DNA from: Sphaerotilus phage SN1
Strand: one strand, 5' to 3'
Length of the DNA stretch: 32,000 nucleotides
Sequence record: ON165687.1
Shown: positions 25,042-32,000 of the stretch, piece after piece
How positions within the stretch are numbered: the first letter of the stretch is position 1
Layout of the letters: each line of letters begins with the position of its first letter
Notes under the pieces: model-generated
Told to the model about the DNA's origin: nothing
Seen by the model: the letters and a program-made list of their open reading frames with translations, nothing else
The model's database searches: none
Position numbers and translations under genes: made by a program

Positions 25042-25199
25042 AGGGTGGCTCCATTTCTCATAGTGATGCCCGGAAGTATAGCCCAGCTGGGCGGCGAAGG
25101 CGAGCGGAGAATCATGTGCGCTTGGGACGGGGGCCCAACGCTCGACTTCGTGTGCTGAAGAAGTATGAAGTGGAGTAGGCAGGGAAGCCCAGCGGGGCT

Positions 25200-25263
25200 G
25201 GGGGTTTATATATTCTTCTTCTTCTTCTTCTTAACTTACTTAACTTACTTACCTTAAACCCCC
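25200..25263. repeat. Inverted repeat (GGGGGTTTA/TAAACCCCC) flanking an AT-rich repeat tract
   Basis: Arms at 25200-25208 and 25255-25263. Interior contains (TTC)6 at 25213-25230 and tandem TTAACTTAC x2 at 25231-25248. Confidence 0.8.
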
Positions 25264-25414
25264 GGACGGCCTCCGAACAGCAGGAACGGTCGCCGGTCGC
25301 CTCCCTGGGCAGGGGGTCCGGGCGATTTATCGGGCGAAGTAGAACTGAACTGGAGAAAGTGAAGTAACCTAAGCGCAGGAGGGTCGGAGCTGTTACGGCG
25401 CTGGGCTTTCGATG

Positions 25415-25464
25415 GCGCTTGGGGTCTATACTTCTTCAGATGTGAAGGTAAGTACCCCAAGCGC
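25415..25464. other. Large hairpin just after the last ORF of the tail/lysis module; candidate terminator or processing element
   Basis: Perfect 11-nt arms GCGCTTGGGGT (25415-25425) and ACCCCAAGCGC (25454-25464), with a weaker inner stem. It starts 5 nt from the stop codon at 25469. Confidence 0.6.
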
Positions 25465-25468
25465 ATCC

Positions 25469-25813
25469 TCATTTCTGGGCCCACTCCTTCAGCCCGAGGA
25501 TTAGCAGGCTGGCGAGGCCCGAGAAGAAGATGCCCAGGAGGGCGAGGGTGCCCTTGCGCTTCAAGTCCTCCCCGGACTCGCGCCATTGACGGAGGTGTTG
25601 GAAGTCCCGCTGCATAGCAAACGGGTCGGACGTGTCCACCCCGAGCTGCATCAATGTCTGCTTGACCGCTTCGGCCACCACATCGTTCAGCTCCGAGTGA
25701 GACATGGCGACCGTCTCCGCGGCCCTCCGGGCCGCGTCCTCCACGGATAGTTTCGCCGCCCGGGTCGCAGCCGCAACGGCGATGTCTTCGACTTGCTCCG
25801 GGGTCAGGGGCAT
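25469..25813 (-). CDS. Small C-terminal-anchored membrane protein (DUF6127-like; possible lysis/holin role)
   Basis: MPLTPEQVEDIAVAAATRAAKL...QHLRQWRESGEDLKRKGTLALLGIFFSGLASLLILGLKEWAQK. Start at 25813; located after the tail genes. Confidence 0.5.
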   Translation of the reverse strand: MPLTPEQVEDIAVAAATRAAKLSVEDAARRAAETVAMSHSELNDVVAEAVKQTLMQLGVDTSDPFAMQRDFQHLRQWRESGEDLKRKGTLALLGIFFSGLASLLILGLKEWAQK

Positions 25814-25880
25814 ATCGGGGTCCTCGCACCAAGATGATCTTGGGCCGTATTTTACGGAACCCAAGACAACTTGGCAAATT

Positions 25881-26366
25881 TTAGACGGCCAACCCAGTCG
25901 CGTCCACCCAGGCGGAGCCCGTGGACCATATCGGCTTGCCCAGGGTGGTGTCGAAGTATTGGCCACCGATCAAGGCGGCGCTCGCCGCCGGGCGGTTCGC
26001 GGTCGTGCCGTAGCCGCGGAGGAACTTCCACGCGCTGCCGTCATACCAGTAGGTGCTGTTGGTATCCTCCACGGAAATGGTCCACCCCTTCTTCGGCACG
26101 AAGAACTCCCAGGCCGTCGCCACGCTCGAATAACGCGCGATCCGTTGGCCCTGACCCGACCAGTTCGTGCCGGTCGGGCTCGCCGGGAGCACGTACACGT
26201 CCCCGTCCGCGGGCGAAGCCGGTTGGGCGGTCGTGGTCGCGGACTTCGCGTGGCCCATGAGAAGGCCGTCCACCGCACGGAGGAAAGACATGAATTGGTT
26301 GTAGTGCTGGTCCCCCAGCGCGCCGTTCACCATGATGCCCAAGTTCGGGCCGTTACTGATAGCCAT
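25881..26366 (-). CDS. Phage tail/fibre-associated protein (DUF2793-like C-terminal region)
   Basis: PASPADGDVYVLPASPTGTNWSGQGQRIARYSSVATAWEFFVPKKGWTISVEDTNSTYWYDGSAWKF. Start MAISNGPN at 26366. Confidence 0.6.
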   Translation of the reverse strand: MAISNGPNLGIMVNGALGDQHYNQFMSFLRAVDGLLMGHAKSATTTAQPASPADGDVYVLPASPTGTNWSGQGQRIARYSSVATAWEFFVPKKGWTISVEDTNSTYWYDGSAWKFLRGYGTTANRPAASAALIGGQYFDTTLGKPIWSTGSAWVDATGLAV

Positions 26367-28537
26367 CACAAACCTCCAAGATAGTTTCCAAGATTGTTCC
26401 CGAGTCCGGCCCGATCCACGTACCAATCTTGGGATTGGTAGCTGTCCAGACCGTCGCGGACCGCCGTGACCTTGATCCGGTTCCGGCCCGCGGTGTTCTC
26501 CGTCGCCTCGTTGGTCCAGGTCCAGCTAGTGCCGGTCAGGCCCGGCTCCGACTTCAAGAGCGTGCTGCCGTTGGCCGCGTAGATGTCCACGCGGTAGGTC
26601 ACCCCCGGCTCCGGGCCGATGTTCGCCGCGGTGTGGTCGATAATCGGACGGACCACCTGCTGGGTCCGGTCGCGGTGCGCCCAAGATAGGCTCAGACCTC
26701 CGAGGATAGCCGAAGGATACTGGAGACTGTTCACCCGGAAGTTCCCGGGAGCGTAGGGGCGTGCGAAACGGCCCACCAGCGCCTTCGAGTCCTCCGGCGC
26801 AACGGACAGGTCCAGAATGCCGACCCCGGACCGGCCCAGGCCCTTCGCGGCGATGGTCTCGCCGCTGTTATACTCCAGACGGTCGCGCACGCGGGCGTCC
26901 TCCGCGAACCAAAACCGCGCCCCGGCTGCGTGTTCCGCGCAGACGGTATCCAAGCACCCCCGTCCCACCGTCACGATCCCGTTCACCAGGTCGATAGTGT
27001 CCACGCGCACGATTTCGTTGTCAATCAGCGCATAGGTCCCCGTCCGCGCAAATTCGGTGCGGGAGGACAGGTTGGACAGCTGGATGGAGGTCTGTGTGGG
27101 CGTGATCGCGTTCGTCAGCGTAGCGTGCGCCGCGGGGTCGCCGGTGGCCGCGTATGCGTAGGACCCGCCCGTGGGCTTCGTCCACAGTTCATAGTTCTGG
27201 AGGTACTGGGCAGGCTCGCCCATCAGGCCGATCAGGAAGGCGGAGGTGTTGTCCAACGCCTGGAAGTCGCCCGAGGGCAGACCGTTCGCCAAGTCCCAAT
27301 AGTTCGCCTCCTCCAGACGGCGGAGGGCGAACGGGTTGGGCGCTTGAACCGGGTCCACCCAGCCCGAGCCCTGGTTGCCCATGTAGGTGGAGGACGGAAG
27401 GCCGAACATGTCCTCAACCGCGTCCACCACGATTTCGCCGCTGGTCAGCTCGCCGTAGTTCACCCCGAGGACGCGGAACACGATGTCCACAAGGCTGTGC
27501 TCATCCCAGGAGAAGCGGAACACGTCCCCCAGGGTCAGGTTCCATGCGTTCCGGTTCACCCGGATGCGGATGCGCGCGAAGGGGGTGGACTTCTGGCGGA
27601 GGTCGCGCATGGCCAGTTTCGCCGCGTTCGCCGCGGTGTCGATCCCTGGATAGTTCACCGTCTGGCTCACTACGCCCTGTTGGGCTTGAATCGCTGCGAG
27701 GTCCTGGACGGTCACGGAATCGTCCTCAGTGGAGCCTTGCGGACGGTAGGTCACCACGATCTCATTGACAATTTCCGCGTAGCCCGGGCGCTCGAAGGAC
27801 TCCAGCCGGATCGTGTTGGACTCGTTGAACAGCGGGAGGTTCGCCACCACGTAGTCCTCGCGGATCAGCTTCACCACGAACTGACCATTGTCGGGTCGCG
27901 TGTACAACATTCCGTTACAGTGTCCCAGCACCGTGTATATGAAGGACTCGATGGAGTCCTGCTTGGTCATGATCATCGACACGCCCAAGCCTTCCGCGTG
28001 AAGGGTGTCTGCCGCAGCGCGAAAGGCGGCGTCATCCAGGGCGTTGATCGGGTATCCCATCCCCCAGTCCGGGTTCGTCAGCGTCTCATAGATGACGTGG
28101 GCAGGGTTCGCGGAGCCGTTGATGTCCGCCTTCTCCGGGTACCAAGCCTTGCCCGGGAGGCGCTTCACCTTCAGCGCCCAGGCCTTCGGATAGGGGGACA
28201 TGGCGCACATGTACACCTTCCGAAGGACCAGGGACAGGACGCCCCGGAAAGCGGGTATGACCGTGCCGAGTTTTGATTGGAGGTAACTGTTGCGGCCCTG
28301 ATTCGATTCCCCCATCATGATGTCCACGTAACCCTGGACACCACCCTCCTTCTTCTCGCCGCCGAACAGCTCCGGGTTGTTGATGTAGATTTGCTGCGAG
28401 GCCGTCACGTTCCCGCTCCAGGCGGTTCGGTCGCCCACGACAATTTCCTGGACGGAATCGACCGGCCCGTGACAGATCACGAGGTGGGCGCCAAGATAAT
28501 ACTTGTACCCGATTGTTACACTAGATTTGCTGCCCAC
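26366..28537 (-). CDS. Tail tip/host-specificity-type structural protein
   Basis: Large ORF in the tail module (GVSMIMTKQDSIESFIYTVLGHCNGMLYTRPDNGQFVVKLIRED...), with a C-terminal fibronectin-like stretch (YRVDIYAANGSTLLKSEPGLTGTSWTWTNEA). Confidence 0.75.
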   Translation of the reverse strand: MGSKSSVTIGYKYYLGAHLVICHGPVDSVQEIVVGDRTAWSGNVTASQQIYINNPELFGGEKKEGGVQGYVDIMMGESNQGRNSYLQSKLGTVIPAFRGVLSLVLRKVYMCAMSPYPKAWALKVKRLPGKAWYPEKADINGSANPAHVIYETLTNPDWGMGYPINALDDAAFRAAADTLHAEGLGVSMIMTKQDSIESFIYTVLGHCNGMLYTRPDNGQFVVKLIREDYVVANLPLFNESNTIRLESFERPGYAEIVNEIVVTYRPQGSTEDDSVTVQDLAAIQAQQGVVSQTVNYPGIDTAANAAKLAMRDLRQKSTPFARIRIRVNRNAWNLTLGDVFRFSWDEHSLVDIVFRVLGVNYGELTSGEIVVDAVEDMFGLPSSTYMGNQGSGWVDPVQAPNPFALRRLEEANYWDLANGLPSGDFQALDNTSAFLIGLMGEPAQYLQNYELWTKPTGGSYAYAATGDPAAHATLTNAITPTQTSIQLSNLSSRTEFARTGTYALIDNEIVRVDTIDLVNGIVTVGRGCLDTVCAEHAAGARFWFAEDARVRDRLEYNSGETIAAKGLGRSGVGILDLSVAPEDSKALVGRFARPYAPGNFRVNSLQYPSAILGGLSLSWAHRDRTQQVVRPIIDHTAANIGPEPGVTYRVDIYAANGSTLLKSEPGLTGTSWTWTNEATENTAGRNRIKVTAVRDGLDSYQSQDWYVDRAGLGNNLGNYLGGL

Positions 28538-28724
28538 GGGCCTTCTCCACTACTTGTAGCGCCATGTGATCGCCGGTCGCCTCCAGCTCCTCCGCCGGGA
28601 TGCCCTCGTGGACGAAGCGGCCCCAATCCAGCCCGTGTCGGGCGGCGAAGGCGCGCATGCCGCGGGAGCAGTAGCCCAGGGCGCGGGCGTGTTCGACCCG
28701 GACCATCACTGGCTCGTTGTTCAT
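28521..28724 (-). CDS. Small hypothetical tail-module protein
   Basis: MNNEPVMVRVEHARALGYCSRGMRAFAARHGLDWGRFVHEGIPAEELEATGDHMALQVVEKARGQQI, start at 28724. Confidence 0.6.
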   Translation of the reverse strand: MNNEPVMVRVEHARALGYCSRGMRAFAARHGLDWGRFVHEGIPAEELEATGDHMALQVVEKARGQQI

Positions 28725-28958
28725 CACTTGCCGCCGTCCGTTTTCACCGGACTGCTCGCCAAGTCCCCGTACCATACCACGTTCGGGCTCTTCACGGTAA
28801 CGGTCCCGAACACAACCGGGATCGGTCGCCCGGGCTCCGCGGTTGGGAATTGGAAGTCCTCCAACGAAGCGGGTTTGGGGGTGGCCTGCTTCGGGGCGAG
28901 GGCCACCGCCGCGTATGCCGCAACGATGAAGATGATCAGATACACAGCCCATTCCATG
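28724..28958 (-). CDS. Small membrane-anchored tail assembly-associated protein
   Basis: MEWAVYLIIFIVAAYAAVAL (TM), then DFQFPTAEPGRPIPVVFGTVTVKSPNVVWYGDL, which resembles the start of tail-tip proteins. Start at 28958. Confidence 0.65.
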
Positions 28959-28970
28959 ATGGGGTCCTCC

Positions 28971-29780
28971 TCAAAAGATCGGGGTGCCATTCATCGGGTT
29001 CTTCTTCGGGTAGAATGGCTGACCCCCGTAGTTGTCCACGTTGTTGAACTTGTTGTGGCACGTATTCAGGGTGTGGTCGCACCCGGGATAGGCCCGGACC
29101 GTCGCGTTGGCGGGTATCCCAGCCAACGGGAGGTTGAGCGTGATCGTTTGACCCACGTGCGCGATGATGAACCGCCGTTCCAGGACCCCCGCCACTTCCC
29201 AATCCACGTAGCCCCCGGCGAAGTAGCCGTCAGCGAAGGAGGAGAAGGCCGGTGACAGGAGGTCCCGCCCCGAGACGCCCGTGAGGGTCGCGTCCACCCG
29301 GAAGTTCGCGGAGGACAGGCCGCACGCGGCCCCATACAGGACGTGGGGACAAGTTGTCTGGTACATCCGGCGCAGGGTCGGGCGTCGCAGGGAGGTGTAC
29401 ACAGGCTCAAGGCGCACCTCCGCCTCGCGCTCCGTGAATTTGACGTTCACCACTCGCCCGACCCACGGGACGGCGAGCTGTCCGTCACCCTCGTGGTAAC
29501 GCTGGATGGTGAGCTGGACGATGTCGGTGGGCGGCGATCCACGGAACTGGTCCAGGAAGCTGATGCCCTTATCCATCGTCAGCGTCAGGTTGCTCCGGGA
29601 CATTTCCTGGTTCTGCTCGAAGGCCCCGCGCTTGATCTGGACGGAGTTGTAAGTCACTCCCTCCACCACCTTGTCTTCATCCGCTGAGGTGTAGCGCCAG
29701 TATTGCGCGCCCCGGGCGAACAGGTACAACTCGACCGGGTAGGCTTCAAACAGGCTCCGCTCGCGTGCGTCATACGTCAT
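28971..29780 (-). CDS. Minor tail protein, DUF2163/BR0599-like
   Basis: VEGVTYNSVQIKRGAFEQNQEMSRSNLTLTM... and TCPHVLYGAACGLSSANFRVDATLTGVSG...YPGCDHTLNTCHNKFNNVDNYGGQPFYPKKNP match the family pattern. Confidence 0.75.
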   Translation of the reverse strand: MTYDARERSLFEAYPVELYLFARGAQYWRYTSADEDKVVEGVTYNSVQIKRGAFEQNQEMSRSNLTLTMDKGISFLDQFRGSPPTDIVQLTIQRYHEGDGQLAVPWVGRVVNVKFTEREAEVRLEPVYTSLRRPTLRRMYQTTCPHVLYGAACGLSSANFRVDATLTGVSGRDLLSPAFSSFADGYFAGGYVDWEVAGVLERRFIIAHVGQTITLNLPLAGIPANATVRAYPGCDHTLNTCHNKFNNVDNYGGQPFYPKKNPMNGTPIF

Positions 29781-31447
29781 GGTTGAATCTCCATCATGCG
29801 GACCGTACATTCAAGGACCCGGTTGGAGTTCCACTGAAGTTCTACCCGATCCGCGTCCAGGCGCTTCAGGCCCAGGAAGCTGATTTGGCGGATACGACTG
29901 GCGTTGATGTTGATCGGGGCGTCCAGACCGATCACCGCCGTGGCCGTCCCGGAGGCCGTCGCCGCATTGATCGTCCGCAGCAGCCACGTTCCGTCATCCA
30001 GGAGGATGCCGATGTGGGTGCGCTCCGGCGCAAATTCGCGGTAGTCGTCAGCATACACCTCGATGCTCTGGGTCAGCTCGCCGGTCTGGGCGATCCGCAT
30101 GTTGTTCTCGAAGGTCGGAACCCAGAACGGGCGCAGGCGTCCCGCGCGCCGGTGAAGGAACTTGCGGAAGTTCCAAATGTCCTGGAGTCCCTGCAGCAAG
30201 AACTTGTAGGGGCGTCCAATTCGCGTGTAGGTCCAGGGCGAATAGAAGCTGGCCCCCGCCGCGGTCCCGTAGTCCACGACATCAACCCGAGCTTGAAGGC
30301 TATCCGTCAGCGCCTCGCCGTTCTTCAGCGCCTCGTCAAAATACACGTCATACCCGAGGAACTGCGTGGGGGCCGCGGGCGGGTCCAGGTCGATGTTGTC
30401 GCTGAACTCATAGGTCATTTCCAGTGAACCGTTGTAGCCGGAGGTTGCCCGCGAGACGTTGCCGACAATCCGCCCAAGGCGCACGGGCACGATCCACGGG
30501 TTGGTGAAGGTTTCGGCCAGCGGTCGGTTCAGCGTCAAAGTCCCGGCGGAAACGATACCCACGTCAGCGGTCGCGCTCTTGCGGTTGGACTCCCAGATCA
30601 TGATCAGCGCGCCGTCCCGGTAGTCGGAGGCGGTCGTGTCGATGTTGATCACGGTCGTGCCCGCCAGCAGGGTTCCGACCTGTTGGGCCTCAGACCAAAG
30701 GGCGACGGCCCAACGGCGAGTCAACCAACCATACACCAGGTTCTCCGCCCGGGCCATTTCCCGGTACGGGATCGGATAGGTGACGTTGAAGGACTGGCGG
30801 GGCTTCTTGCGCAGTCGCACCCGCTGCTCCGACCCGTCATTGGTCGTGAGCACGTCCGTTTTCCACTCCAGGACCTCCTTGGCGGGAGCCTCGAAGATGT
30901 ACGGCAGTGCGACGATACGCGAACCCAGGACCGTCAAGTTGGCGTCGTCCGCCGTCCCGTCCCAGTCGAAACGGAAGATGGCGTTGATGTCCGGCGGTCC
31001 GTCCGTGGTGACGGTCAGCTGATAGGTCTTGGTCTCCAGAGCTGCCCAGGTCGCGGGCGGGACGGCCCCCACAAGGGAAATACCGCCGCCGTTCTGAACC
31101 TGGATGTTCTGGAGGTATCGGTTGTTGAAAAAGCCGTTCCACACCTCGATTGCGAACTGCTGCTCACTCACGAGGTTGCCCACGTTCACGTTCGAGGGGC
31201 GGATGTGGATGCGGTTGTAGTAGTCGTCCAGGAAGCTAATGCCCCGCCAGGACGGGAAGTTGTACTCAGGCTCACTGATGGGGAGGTTGTCGGTCAGCGG
31301 ACCATAGACCGTCGCGGAGACTTCAGGAGTCACCAACGGAGGACTTTGGTCAGCCCAGACGAAGGAGTCCAGGCCGTTCGACCAGTCCACAGACGGCCCC
31401 CGCAGGGTGTCGATCCCCACGAAGGCGTGAGTGGTAATCACCGCCAT
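29777..31447 (-). CDS. Minor tail/structural protein
   Basis: 556-aa ORF between tail genes, overlapping both neighbours in operon fashion. Confidence 0.65.
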   Translation of the reverse strand: MAVITTHAFVGIDTLRGPSVDWSNGLDSFVWADQSPPLVTPEVSATVYGPLTDNLPISEPEYNFPSWRGISFLDDYYNRIHIRPSNVNVGNLVSEQQFAIEVWNGFFNNRYLQNIQVQNGGGISLVGAVPPATWAALETKTYQLTVTTDGPPDINAIFRFDWDGTADDANLTVLGSRIVALPYIFEAPAKEVLEWKTDVLTTNDGSEQRVRLRKKPRQSFNVTYPIPYREMARAENLVYGWLTRRWAVALWSEAQQVGTLLAGTTVINIDTTASDYRDGALIMIWESNRKSATADVGIVSAGTLTLNRPLAETFTNPWIVPVRLGRIVGNVSRATSGYNGSLEMTYEFSDNIDLDPPAAPTQFLGYDVYFDEALKNGEALTDSLQARVDVVDYGTAAGASFYSPWTYTRIGRPYKFLLQGLQDIWNFRKFLHRRAGRLRPFWVPTFENNMRIAQTGELTQSIEVYADDYREFAPERTHIGILLDDGTWLLRTINAATASGTATAVIGLDAPININASRIRQISFLGLKRLDADRVELQWNSNRVLECTVRMMEIQP

Positions 31448-31448
31448 A

Positions 31449-31994
31449 TCAAGTCACCTTTTTGTATGCTATCCCACGTTGCCAGCTCCGTCCGCCTTTC
31501 TGGTACCAGGGAAACACTTTCCAAGTATCCGGTCCAAGGCTGAACTCCTCCCCCGGCTGGTACAGGGTCATGTCCATGTACCGCATCCCCGGGACCACCC
31601 CGACCGGGCTCAGGAACTCGTTGTTGCGATTCACGGAGACAATATTGGGGAGGAGAAGCCCGACCCCGTTCAGGGGGTTGGGCGAATAGTCCCGCAATAC
31701 TTTATCGTGAACCCCACCACCTTGGCAAGCCTGGAACATGTAGGTGTTCGCTGCGGACCGCGCCGAACCACACCAATTGTCGAAGGAATCGAACTGAGCA
31801 CGCAAAAAGGAGCCGCTGTTGTCGTTGGTCGTGGTGTAGTCTGCGGCCCTGAAGGGGACCTCCTCAAGTCCGTAGCTACTGTTGTCAATTTCGTTATTCA
31901 ACCAGGCAGTGCTCCCCGACACGGGCGGGTGTTCCCCACCCGTAGCGTAGAAGAACCGCCCGCCGCCCGGAGCAGCCGGATTGAACAAGTCCAA
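31449..31994 (-). CDS. Hypothetical tail-module protein (start may lie beyond the window)
   Basis: ORF MDLFNPAAPGGGRFFYATGGEHPPVSG...YQPGEEFSLGPDTWKVFPWYQKGG. The upstream boundary is the window edge. Confidence 0.55.
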   Translation of the reverse strand: MDLFNPAAPGGGRFFYATGGEHPPVSGSTAWLNNEIDNSSYGLEEVPFRAADYTTTNDNSGSFLRAQFDSFDNWCGSARSAANTYMFQACQGGGVHDKVLRDYSPNPLNGVGLLLPNIVSVNRNNEFLSPVGVVPGMRYMDMTLYQPGEEFSLGPDTWKVFPWYQKGGRSWQRGIAYKKVT

Positions 31995-32000
31995 CGAGCC

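Noticed and set aside
25187-25199. Short hairpin AGCCC-AGCG-GGGCT (25186-25199) as a terminator
   Set aside because: The stem is only 5 bp, there is no U-tract on the minus strand, and it sits upstream of rather than after a gene, so chance occurrence in GC-rich DNA is likely.

Overview
The window is a dense segment of a dsDNA tailed phage or prophage genome, with GC content high by eye. Essentially all genes lie on the minus strand, so transcription runs from high to low coordinates. It holds: (1) the end of a tail module (~25.9-32 kb); (2) a non-coding, partly AT-rich regulatory/origin-like region (~25.05-25.47 kb); (3) replication and nucleotide-metabolism genes (SNF2-type helicase, RecD/Dda-like helicase, class II-like ribonucleotide reductase, UDG-like protein, family A DNA polymerase, primase-helicase, dCMP deaminase, HD hydrolase, MazG-like protein, VRR-NUC-like nuclease, GIY-YIG endonuclease); and (4) the main item, a candidate thymidine hypermodification cluster at ~9.9-16.5 kb. 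That cluster encodes a divergent ThyA-family protein, an Nmad5-like protein, the 5-hmdU DNA kinase apparently split into helical-domain and P-loop genes, a radical SAM enzyme, a fold-type-II PLP enzyme and an aGPT-PPlase2/amino-acid:DNA transferase-like protein. The set resembles the pathway described for Pseudomonas phage M6 and predicts a 5-hmdU-derived, possibly aminoethyl-type, base. I also found a promoter-like element used five times (CTTTACTTCTTC block, TTTACT-N17-TAtAcT), a 9-bp inverted repeat flanking an AT-rich repeat tract, a large hairpin after the tail/lysis module, and a coupled Trp-rich micro-ORF upstream of thyA. All family assignments come from reading motifs; no database search was run.
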